Shown here: piece after piece, positions 10,527 to 21,714 of the stretch | Numbering within the stretch: position 1 is the first letter of the stretch | How the letters are laid out: each line of letters starts with the position of its first letter | Source of the DNA: Macrostomum hystrix | Taxonomy: Eukaryota > Animalia > Platyhelminthes | NCBI GenBank assembly: GCA_950097015.1 | Contig: CATNEN010000039.1 | Coordinates: 1,426,001-1,490,000 of the forward strand | Length of the DNA: 64,000 bases | Direction of reading: 5' to 3' | Notes under the pieces: generated by a model | Seen by the model: only the letters and a program-made list of their open reading frames with translations | Told to the model about the DNA's origin: nothing | Database searches by the model: none | Program-made: the position numbers and the translations under genes

Positions 10527-12488
10527 CAAGGACTTCTATATAATAGCATCTGGACTGGAAGCGAAGAAATACCCATTACCTCATGAGGCCAGTTTTTCCC
10601 CTGCTTTCTATGGAATCTGTCAAATTGGGAAATGCAAGATCGGAAATTCAAATGTCGGAAATCCAGAGATGTAATGCAAACTGGCTAGTTCCTTTCTAGT
10701 TCCTAAACTGACAAATCTTGCGGTGACACTCCAGTTCTTATTCTCATGTGCAGTGTAGTATTTGAGTGCATCTCGAGTTGAATCACAGAATACTGCCACT
10801 GCCAGCTTCACTTACGACTTCTCGATATTCTTAGGGTTCAGCACAGCAGGGCTGAGCTTGTGAGCAAGTCTCACCGGCTTGTTGGCTTCAGCATTGAACA
10901 GCTCACTGATGTGACAAAAGTGAGCGTCGCAGGCTTCTATCAAAACTGGTGGGAATGCTGGGCAGCGAAATGATTTCCGTGTCTGGAAGTTGTTGTATAT
11001 GTTCTTGAGGTTGTGCACGGGATCGATCACAATGAAGATAGGCTGCCCTGTGACCTTGTCGGTAATTGACTCCTTCAAGTCTCCATCGCACAGAAAATCG
11101 GCGACGAACTTTCTGTTAACTGGTGCATTATCAACGGATATTGCGCAATGACGGAGAACTGCAGGCTACGCAGCAAATCCATGACATCCTGGAACCAGTG
11201 ACTGAGCTTCTGTGCTGTCAGCTTTGCCACAGGAAACATGGACACCATGTCCTTGTACTTGCCTGCAATTGACTTTATCAAGAAGCAACAGTAGGTTGAA
11301 GCAACCGCACTCCATCATTGTGGACAGCCGGGGACCGATGGAATGCCAATTTGAAACGCCATTGAAATCAATTGGAAATGCTTCTCCGAAAAAAGTAGAC
11401 TCCATTTCTCACCACAACATAGGATTTCCACCAAATTCAATGTGCATGCCTGGAATGTAGGCGCCTTGAGATGTGTGACGGCTTAAGTAGATATGTTTCT
11501 CTGGAGAGCCGCTGTGCTCGGCTAAACATTGGCCTCATATGGTAAAATAATTGTGAAATTTATGTCTCGTTTCCAGTCCAGATGCTATTACACTCAGCAA
11601 CATTTAAAACGCAACACTCTAATTAGAAGAAAAATCAAGAAGAGTCAGAAGAGTCAAAGCGCATAGTCTATGGTTCAAATCGAGCTTCAGAAACGCGTGT
11701 AGCTTCCTCTCGCAAGTAACAGGGCGATGACTATGGACTGTTTTCAGATAGAGTGATCCAGCTGAGAGAATGGTTCAACAGATGACAGACGCGGAAAGAT
11801 GGCGAGCAGTCGGAATGTGGACAGGGAACTGTGGGCCATGAAGCGGGCGCACTGGCGGCAAGGACAGTGGCAGCGCGTTATCTTTACAGACGAGAGTCGG
11901 TTTCGTCTTTTTCGCAGTGATGGTCGAATTCGCGTCTGGCGTGAGCCACGGCAAGAGCTTCTGCAGCAGCACGTGCAAAGCTGCGATGGGCAGGGACCCT
12001 CCGTACACGTGTGGGCAGGGATTTCAATGCGAGGCAGGACCCAGCTGGTTTTCTTAGACGCAAACGTGAACGGCGATGAGTACGCTCGTTTGCTGCAGAC
12101 GCATCTGCTCCCTTTTGTTAACAACCACTTTGGTGGCGTCGCAAACTGCAAACTGCATCTTCGGTGGCCTTCAAGATCCCCTGATATGAACCTAATTGAA
12201 CATGTCTGGGACTTTATCAAGCGGAGTGTTCAACGGCAGAATCCGCCGCAGACAGTCGCTAAACTGCGAAACGCTGTTGCTAACGCGTGGCAGGACTTTT
12301 TTCGACGCCTTGTTCTGGGAATGCCACGTCGAGTCAACGCCCTGTTACTTGCGAGAGGAGGCTACACGCGTTTCTGAAGCTCGATTTGAACCATAGACTA
12401 TGCGCTTTGACTCTTCTGAGTGAGTTGATATTTCTTCTAGTTAGAGTGTTGCGTTTTAAATGTTGCTGAGTGTATATAGAAGTCCTTG
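10527..12488 (-). mobile_element. P-element/THAP9-type DNA transposon, internally deleted
   Basis: 8-bp TSD GCTTAGAT on both sides. A ~34-bp TIR, CAAGGACTTCTATATAATAGCATCTGGACTGGAA, is restored on the right when the nested Tc1 is removed. Broken transposase at 10620-11281 with DPVHNLKN (DxxH) and AHKL...VKLA motifs. Confidence 0.88.
11591..12472 (+). mobile_element. Tc1-like deletion derivative with ~140-bp inverted arms
   Basis: TA TSD at 11589-90 and 12473-74. ORF 11799-12377 has VIFTDESRF, VWAGIS and WPSRSPDMNLIEHVW. The N-terminal HTH and the second catalytic Asp region are missing. Confidence 0.88.
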
Positions 12489-14560
12489 GCTTAGATATTC
12501 ATAAACGTATAAGCAAGGCATCTAAGGTTTTCATGTTTTTAGCCATAGACCATTTTAAGTCAAGCGACCCAACTAGAAAGGACACTGATGTTCCAACTGC
12601 AAACATCTTTAGCCCAGTTTTCGCCATTGGGAGAGTTGAATTTTTTTGTCAATGTCCCAAATCAAATGTAATGTCACTTTAGCTGGATTGCATCGGAAGC
12701 AGCGGCGGGACTCAGAGAGCGCGGCCAGTCAAAGAAAGAAAACAATGGCCCTTGATTAATGCAAATGACCGGGTTAGATAAATAAGGAAAACACTTGAAA
12801 TCAAAAGTCAGTTAGAATCAGTCAAATACACAGGTGCTTTGTCTCGAGACCTTGTGACAGGTCCTGCGTGATTTACCCGCGCAGCGTAGGGAATCAGTCA
12901 TTGCTCACGCTACCTCGCCCGTCCGCGAGACGAACGGAATTGGGATTGACGTGACTATTTCAGGCAGTGCCGCCCAACCGCCTCCTTACCTTCTATGGCT
13001 CAACTGACGAACTCCTTGTGTGCCTCTAACTCAGATAGGCACTGCTTGATCAAAGCCGCCTTCTGAAGGGAGGCTGCCCCGGATCACGCAGACTGGCGCC
13101 TAATTGGCGACTTGTAGACTAACGAATGTTGACGCCACCTGGAAGTCCCGCGTCCGCCCGAATCCAAGCATCTGCAAACTGCTTCTCTGTTTCTGGCTCT
13201 AAACTCAGTGTTCATACTAGCCCTAGCCCTGCTCAGGGAATCGCGCCACACTGTGCCATTTGGTCGTCATTTTATTAACAGCAATAAAGGAACACTTTCT
13301 CACATAGCAATGTGATAGAGCATCGGTAGATTTCGGTAGATTTGACTCAGGATTTTTTAACCGCATTTTTGCTACATGTATTCCAATAGCAAGCCTTGTG
13401 CAGAAATTCTTGCCAAGCAACAGCTTTCGTTCATCTAATACAGGCGTTTAGAAGGCATTTAACATCTTGGTACGAGAGCAAAAACTTTAGCCCTGATCCA
13501 GACGGTTGCATGGAGTTTCCTAAACTTGCAGAGCTAGCTACAGGATTGCCCTATATTATACTTAAAAGTGCATTGCAGATCCATAACGAGCTCTCCTACC
13601 GACTTCTCAATGTACCTTCTGGGTCAACGTCAACCGGAAAGGCAGCTCAGCGTTCAAGTCGTGTTCCTCGTGGGGAAAGAAATGCAGAAATATTGGACCG
13701 AAGCGATAGTCAAGAAGCTCTCATGCTATCAGTGCTCCATCGTTTGCCTGGCCTGACTGGAGTCCGGAAGTACCGGGCTGGTCAGTGATAGGCAGGCCTG
13801 ATGATGTACATCAGCGGACGCGGGTTTTGTTGGCTTCCAACCCCTGTATGGGGTGTCCTGTGATAGTTATTCTTCTGATTTTTCCTTTGCCACATCAAAT
13901 CGGTTTAATAATCACAATGCGAGCCAACAGCTTCTATCAGTCCGAAACTGTTCGTAATGTTTTGGTCTAAATTTCTTAGATTAAAAACGCAGATTGAATC
14001 AGCTGTGTGGGGAGCTAGAAACAGAGGTTAATGCCCATATCAAGGTGGGGATTCGCAGGTGATACGCGATCGATCGGAATCGAAAAAATCTCGTAGATTC
14101 CTACGCGAACTTAATGCCGCTGATCCGCTTCAGCTCAGAGATCTCTACATTTTAGCCAATAAGAGCGTTGCGCCACAAAAGTGGCCACAAAATTATAAAA
14201 GGAAGCTCATGTGTTCTCGGAACGCACGCTTACGACTTTGAAGAAGGCACTGATTCAAACAATAGGTTCAGCTAAGCCTTCCAAACTTGCAGGACCAGCG
14301 CGACAACTTCGGTTGGAGAATGCTTCATCTTTGGAGACTGGTGTGTCTCGTGGTGACGCTTAGTATGGTAGTGGCTGCTCAGGCAAGCGGTACGTAGCGT
14401 ACATTCTGGCACCAGATAACATTTCGCGAAAATGACATGCCATGAAGTCAAAAAAAGCTACTTCAAATATTTTTAGATCTAGAAAAGGCTGACATCAGTG
14501 ATGAAGATTCTCTTTTTGACGGCCAAGCAGACGAGACAGAAAACTATCGCTGGCAGAGCG

Positions 14561-15082
14561 GATTCGGCAAGCGAGCTGGACAGCGTTGGTCCAGTGGATT
14601 CGGCAAGCGATCTGGTCAGCGTTGGTCCAGTGGATTCGGCAAGCGAGCTGGCCAGCGTTGGTCCAGTGGATTCGGCAAGCGAGCTGGCCAGCGTTGGTCC
14701 AGTGGATTCGGCAAGCGAGCTGGTCAGCGTTGGTCCAGTGGATTCGGCAAGCGAGCTGGCCAGCGTTGGTCCAGTGGATTCGGCAAGCCAGCTGGTCAGC
14801 GTTGGTCCAGTGGATTCGGCAAGCGAGCTGGTCAGCGTTGGTCCAGTGGATTCGGCAAGCGAGCTGGCCAGCGTTGGTCCAGTGGATTCGGCAAGCCAGC
14901 TGGTCAGCGTTGGTCCAGTGGATTCGGCAAGCGATCTGGTCAGCGTTGGTCCAGTGGATTCGGCAAGCGAGCTGGTCAGCGTTGGTCCAGTGGATTCGGC
15001 AAGCGATCTGGTCAGCGTTGGTCCAGTGGATTCGGCAAGCGATCTGGTCAGCGTTGGTCCAGTGGATTCGGCAAGCGAGCTG
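14561..15082. repeat. 36-bp minisatellite, ~14 copies
   Basis: Unit gattcggcaagcgagctggtcagcgttggtccagtg. It produces repeat ORFs in several frames. Confidence 0.95.
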
Positions 15083-16099
15083 GGCAAGAATAAAGAAGCA
15101 AGCATAGGCCGAATTACTTAGAAAAAACCATAAACCAAAAAATTCTGGCTCAACGTCGCCTAAAACCATTTTGTGTCGTTTGTTGCTGAATTAATGAAAT
15201 CAACCGCCAGTGTGGAGTGACAGTCAATCAGCATAAACTAGCACATAAAGTGCTGAAGCAACACAAATACACCTGATTGTCTCCTTAGAAGTTTTCTCGT
15301 CCAGCTTTCGAATTGTTTGCAATGCTTTTTAGTTGAGCTGATATAGGGTTTTGCTGTTATTTGGCTTTTTTCAAGTGGATCAAGTATGATACGAGTAAAA
15401 TCTCATTGTCCAAAACCTATAATGGCTCGAAAAGTTTTACGTGAGGATGCAAATAACTTTTTGGACTGGGGGTGAGTGAGATTGGTACGCGCTTCAGTCA
15501 TCGTCGGTTGAGCGATGTTAGAGATCCATGAAGCTTGCTTTGGTTTTTGGTGATCGAAGGCAAGTAGATCAGTCACTGCCACAACTACTGGTGCTTGCAC
15601 TGATGGCACTACTGCACTACTGATGCGCTACTGATGGCATTTCGAATTCTTTCGAAAAAGAACTTACTATAAAATCGATTCAGCTGCTCTTTAAATGCAC
15701 CCCAATTTTCTTTAGGTTCTAATCAAGTATAAAAAAAATTTCTAGCACAACAGTTTGATGCGTCTTTTTCCCGATTGAGTTAAAACTGTCTGGCCCGTCG
15801 TGTTGTAGAATTGCTGTGACTGTAAGTGACTGTATCATATATTTGCTTCTAAGAATTTGGCTCAACAGGGGTCTCCTTTTGGCCTGTGGTCTCCGCCCAA
15901 TGCCCTTGTTACCTCTGGTATCATTGAGTATCAGTTAGTACGAGCTAGGTGGCTTCTACGCATGCCACAACACCACTGATTGCCAAAAGTCTAGCCTCAA
16001 GGTCATCTGGAGTGTTTTGCTAGGCACCGTTACCTACAAGGTAAAATCTGCAGTGAGGAATACTACCGATTCGGCCCCCCTGTTGAGTACGTGCAGGAT

Positions 16100-16650
16100 T
16101 ACTGTTTTCACGCATTCTCAAATCTGTTTAGCATCCGATCTGCAGCTTGACATTGTGATGCTGCAGGAGGTATCAGTTGTGACACAGGACGACCTGCACC
16201 TGAGATTTTTCACCTCAGTGGACAGTCGAGGACGTGGAGGATTCGGTGTTTTAGCCAGACTGCGGCTGCAGCAGTGTTTGCTGTGTCTCCGTGTCACCTC
16301 GGCTGCTGCGTGTGAATGTGAGGCTGCGAGGCGGTAACGCCCTGCTGTTCTGCGCGTTTACGTCGACAGAGTTCTTGGGCAGTCTTTGTTAAGCTGCGGC
16401 GGTTGCTTTGGCGCTTGGTGACAGTCAGCCCGCAGCCAGTGAGGACCCAATTCTGCCCATCCCGACCACCCCTGAGTGTACGAGTATTGAACAACAGGGC
16501 GTGTGCTTTTGCCCTCACTTTCCATCCTCAGGCATTGCGCACACTCTCATTATTGTGCCGTCAGTGGCGTGATTTGCATGACAAGCCCCCGAGCCTCCTT
16601 CGTGCCTGTACAATAAATTACAAATCAATTGCAGGGTGGTGCAATTGAGT
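16100..16650 (+). pseudogene. Possible LINE APE-endonuclease relic
   Basis: LDIVMLQEV and RGRGGFGVL resemble APE motifs. Heavily degraded. Confidence 0.3.
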
Positions 16651-17700
16651 TGGACGCGTTACCGCCCCCGACAAACAACCCTGCCAACAACTCGCCCATT
16701 GTGCCGTTCTCAAGACATTTTCATTGAATGCATTCTGTAAGAAGCATTCAGGACCAAAGCTCGTTTTGGGTGATTATAGAAATTTGTTCATTTTAACAAA
16801 CCTTTCTAGGAATAAGAGGCCCATTGGCAAATCCTGATTCGTTCGATTTCGCATTTTCGGCGTCACATAAACTGCACCGACGTTAGATGAACCCATATTG
16901 CATTCAAGTGAGTAGTATAGTGTGCTGGCAGGTTTGCTCAGATAAATCTAAGGAAAAGTCACATTTAATCGCATAAAATTTGTTTTAGGCTTTACCAATT
17001 CGAGTGAACTAAATTCTCTCATTGGTACTGATAGTAGACGAAACGACAGTTTTCCAACAATAATATATATTTCGTCGATTGCTAGTTTAAAAGAGGCGTC
17101 TAGGAGGGACAAATAATGTTGAAAAATGAAGAAAGTGGCATTCAAACTTTTGCTTAGCAGTAGCAATCCTTCCAAGTTCCCAGCAACAATAAATTATTGA
17201 GACTGATTTGCACAAACCGACAGTTTATTTATTCATTTTAAGCATATCTTCGAGCAAACCAAGAACACGCAGGGAGATGACTGAAGAATACAAAGAAAAC
17301 AGGCAGATTTCTCCTGGCAAAGAAAAGACTGAGACAACACCGACGGCATACTGCCAGGTGGAGGGGAAGTGAGAGATCAGGTGGGATTCAAGTGCGATAT
17401 GAATCTTCGAATATCTGAAAACAAGTCGGTACGGGATTGACTGAGTAGCAAAGTTGATACAAAAGCAAATCAACTATCGGGCCTCTTGTAAGCTACTTCG
17501 GAGTGCAACTTTCTCAAGACTCGCAACAAGCCGCATATGCGCGCAATTATACTCAGAAACTAGGAAAGCGAATCAGACTGAGCGAACTGACACTAAAGGG
17601 CGGTCAAGGAATGATTGCCAGCGGCATTCGTTTCCGAAATTCAAACCGATACGCCCGGTCTGAGCTGAGGAATTTGGAGAGATTCCTCGCGGTTGGCTAA

Positions 17701-19140
17701 TCACGGGTGACTATTCTCCACGATATAGAATTGTGCGGCTTCCACGCTCTTGAGAGCCGCTTCCGTGGCGGCCGCCCTTCTGCATCCTTCAGCGCCTGGA
17801 ACTTCTCTGCGGTGAATCTGGCTGCGGGCGCCCACCACGGTGTCTCCAGGGACTCCAGGTGGTATTAGAAGCGGAATCTCAACGTGCTGCCGCTGCTGCT
17901 GCTGCTGCTGTGAAGGCAGCCGCTTAGACTGCGAGCTGTAGCGGCTGCGCTGCTTGGTCTCGAGTTGGCCTCGCGGCAGACAGCCGAAAGTTTGTTTTAA
18001 TTCGCGTCTGAAACGACCAGCAGAGGCCACGTAGAGGTAGAAGTTCCCGACGTTGCTCAGGTACATGACCATCTCAGCTAGGGCCTCGATCAGGTAAAAG
18101 TTAGCTATGCTACCGAGATCGTTTGAGCGGGTGAGGTCGAACAAGAAGATTGAGAGCTTTAAAAGTGCAATCGGCAGAGTACAGAGCAAGTAGCAGGCGC
18201 AGATGGTGACCAGCATGATCGTGACCTGCCGGGCTGACCGGCTTCTCGCCGGTGAGGCTGTCAGAGTGCGCAGCCGCTCCGCCTGCTGATTCTGGTGCTG
18301 CTGATGTTGATTTTGGCGACCTCGACGGCTGCCGCAAGACGAGGTGGAAACGAAACTGCCCTCTAGAGACGGGTGCTGCCGATGCCGGCGCTGCCTTCGG
18401 CGCTCCTGGTTGCCTAGTCCGGTGCTGCTGCACTTGGGGCGCACCAGGTGGACAATAATAGCCAGGTTTAGCAGGAAAATCACAGTAAACGGTATGAGCA
18501 GGTAGCAGACGGTGTCGAGCCAGTAGATGAAGTAGGCGATGCCGAGGGCCGGACGCAGGTCACAGTCGTGATACGTGAACTCACTGGTGAGGCTTGCGTT
18601 CAGGTCAGCGTTGAATTCTGTCAGGTTGCGGGCCTTGGGCAAGAGATCCATCGTGTACATCCAGTGCGAGTTGAATAGCAGCAGGTCCGCGGCATAGATG
18701 AGAGCCGCAGTCCACCGGATGCGTCTGCGGCTGTGTGCGTTGGTGCTAGCCCGCAGTGGCGACACCACAGCGTAGAAGCGCTCGATGGTCATGGCGACGA
18801 TGAGCCACACTGAGGCATAGCTGAAAGAAAACTGCACGTAGAACGTGAGCTTGCAGCTGAGACTGCTCAGAGTCTCAATGCGGAAGCCGAAAGCCTCTTT
18901 CAGCCACTTCCACAGCAGGCCAGTGGAGAGTACCATCTGGTCAGCTACGGCGATCAAGATCAGGTAGAGGTAGAGCGGCACAGACTTGGAGTGGCGGAGC
19001 AGCACAGCCATGCCTAGGAGGTTGCCGGCGGTGCCCACAGTCAGCAGTACCGGCGGCAGCACGCACTTGACCAGCTTGCTCAGCCGGTAAGCTCCGTAGT
19101 TATCGTACATGAATTGCTCGTAAGGAAAGATGTGCATCAT
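17701..19140 (-). CDS. Class A (rhodopsin-like) peptide GPCR, FMRFamide/TRH-receptor-like; single coding exon seen
   Basis: Seven hydrophobic segments. TM1 GN, TM2 AVAD, TM3 Cys and ERF (DRY variant), TM5 P, TM6 CTLP, TM7 NFYLY, helix 8 FRREL. A possible acceptor at ~19224 means the N-terminus could extend upstream. Confidence 0.92.
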   Translation of the reverse strand: MMHIFPYEQFMYDNYGAYRLSKLVKCVLPPVLLTVGTAGNLLGMAVLLRHSKSVPLYLYLILIAVADQMVLSTGLLWKWLKEAFGFRIETLSSLSCKLTFYVQFSFSYASVWLIVAMTIERFYAVVSPLRASTNAHSRRRIRWTAALIYAADLLLFNSHWMYTMDLLPKARNLTEFNADLNASLTSEFTYHDCDLRPALGIAYFIYWLDTVCYLLIPFTVIFLLNLAIIVHLVRPKCSSTGLGNQERRRQRRHRQHPSLEGSFVSTSSCGSRRGRQNQHQQHQNQQAERLRTLTASPARSRSARQVTIMLVTICACYLLCTLPIALLKLSIFLFDLTRSNDLGSIANFYLIEALAEMVMYLSNVGNFYLYVASAGRFRRELKQTFGCLPRGQLETKQRSRYSSQSKRLPSQQQQQQRQHVEIPLLIPPGVPGDTVVGARSQIHRREVPGAEGCRRAAATEAALKSVEAAQFYIVENSHP

Positions 19141-21568
19141 GGCACTGTCAGGATTCGCTCGTAGCGAGATTTGGCCTGTGGCGATCGTCAAGCGAGATTT
19201 TTGACGCTGGCTGGTGAGGAGGCCTGTGAAAGGATATATCTAAGCGACCGGACTCGGACTTCTTGTCCGCTTTCTCATTTTGGCACTCTCTGACACTCTC
19301 ATCCCTCTCGATTTCCTTAGATTAGAGATTGGATGGATAGAGAAGCCCCAATGGGTAGCAGCCTGACGCAATGAGCGAATCAGACGGGTCGATGTTGCTC
19401 CTGTGGGAGCTCGTTCTTCTCTCTAGCAAGCCGCCTCGTTTCTCTTCGCCAGTTGACTCAAGAGACGAGATCCGGGAGCCCAGAAACACTCCGCCGGAAT
19501 TAGTGCGTCCCGTCAACCCCAGCCGGCAGGCATTGCTTCTCCGCTTTGAAGTCGGCCACTCCGACGTCTCAATAATAGCAGGCGCAATTCAAAGCCGGAG
19601 TCGAGGCTCACATCCGTGCGCACGGCGAATGAACTGGCTACAATGAGAGGATTACTTTTGTCCAGAAGCCATTGAGCCTCAATAGGATGTTGAAGAACAA
19701 TGAAAAGCTATCTCTCTCAGTCTAACAAGGCTGCAATCACGTCCCAACAGGCGAGTCTCGCCACCCGAGCCAAGCCAGATGAAACTTCTTTGTGAATTCC
19801 TGCTAGCCGGCTAATCACAAGGACTGGCGCCTCCCTCAGTCAGCTTTGAGTCCTCTTACATCTCATAGGTGAAGTGTAGAACATTTTTAGCTTTTCAAAA
19901 TGCTCGCAAGACTCTAGAGCTATAGTTCAGTTATTAATATTTTTCTACTGCCGAATGAGATGAAACTTCGGTGGTTCGGCAAGCCAGGTTTCGCTCGTGT
20001 GTGCTGGAAACTATTTGATAGCGAGGCAGGTTCAGAAAAATCCAATGCAAACGAAGTCGCCCCGATGCGGCTTCACGCCTCTTTTCGCAGCCTCCGGGAC
20101 CCGAGTCCGGGATGAAATAATTCACGGCCACCACCCCCACCACGAGTTTAAAGGCATAATTAAAAGAGATTTTCAAGCGAAGCCTACAGCTGTTCCAATC
20201 CAAGGGCTTCCCATTCGGTATGGCAGTAAGAGGGCAAACGAATGGCCTAATTAATTAGATCCGATCACTGTCTCCAGCTCCTCTGGCCGGCTCACTTTGG
20301 GCATCAGTTCAACTCATTACTGGGAGAGTTGCAGCAGAGCAGTTCACACATTTGCATCCCTAATCTTTGAGCTGGCAGGCTTCGCACATTCACCTGGGGT
20401 GCCCTTCTGTTCGCGAAATTAATGATGATCGTAGTCGAAGGCGAGCAATACAAGGTCGAGGACTCGAATATGAAAGCCTTCCTGAAGAGCAGCGATTTAT
20501 CTATCAGAGCATTTCCTTCTTGGTCTAATCGTGGAGCATTCTAGCTCGTATTATCTGTGTTGGAAAGAGTAAAATTTATGACTTTAAAACCTTCAAGCGT
20601 CTTTGTACAGAACCATTTTATTTCCCTCGCTTTAATTATTCAGCCAATAAAAAGACGATAGAAAGTAAGATAGATAAAACGGTTTTATAGTCTATGGTCA
20701 AAACCACGTGCATTCCTGCAACCAAATAAGTTATATACGAGCACGCAGTTGATACATTTTCTAAGTATTATACAAATATTATAAATACCCAAGATACGTC
20801 ACTCAATGCAAAAATCTGGTTTTCGCTCTCATCACACACTTTATGCCATAGACATTGATAGCGCTATGCACCATTTCATGAATGAATGCTGCTATTTTTA
20901 TTGCCGGAATACTCATACGTGGTACATTGCACAAATTGATGAATTGAACTTCATAAATTTAAGTGAATTTATATCAAATTACGCATGTGCATAGGTTGTT
21001 GCTGGCGCTAGAACTATTTCGCCTGGCACTTTTATAAATTTTATAATTTATATTTTATAATAATTTTATATTTACACGCATAGAACACGAAAAACATGGT
21101 GGGAAAGAAAGTCGAGGACAGAGATGAGCAGTTCGACTTAACAAATTACAGTGCTATAGCATAACAGGTCACGAAATTGATGGCATGTCAACTAAAGCAT
21201 GAAAAAGAATGATGTACGGCTACGACAGCTTGCTTAACTTTTTTTAACGCTGCTTGAAACAGAAGAAATTCAATTCAGACTGTCATGGCCTAAATAAATT
21301 ATTTATTTCACTTTGCATCGATGCAAATAAGTATATAATCTCTCCATAGACTGGAGATAGTATTTTTCCACAACTTGGCTCGGTCTTGTGGAAAAAAAGA
21401 ACTATGGCTCAACAGTCTATGGTTCTGATCGAAACGGTTCCAAATAAATCGTTTCCTCGTCCGGGACGAATAAATGTCTCTTCGTCCCGGACAAATAAAT
21501 GCTTCAACACTAGACCATAGACTTATTTGACCGGGACAAGTGGGGGATAAATTAACTATAACACAAAC

Positions 21569-21714
21569 CAGGGACTTCTATATATAGCAATCTAGAGTTA
21601 CTAGCACAGATTCTATATTATCTAATAGGTAATATAGAATCTGTGGTTACTAGAGAGTTATCATATCGGAGTTATCATCAGTTATCATCAGATTGCTATA
21701 TATATAAGTCCCTG
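21569..21714. mobile_element. P-type MITE containing a nested 41-bp palindrome (21605-21645)
   Basis: Outer TIR CAGGGACTTCTATATATAGCAATCT is related to the P TIRs at 10527 and 54760. The inner element CACAG...CTGTG is flanked by an 8-bp TSD, GTTACTAG. Confidence 0.75.
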
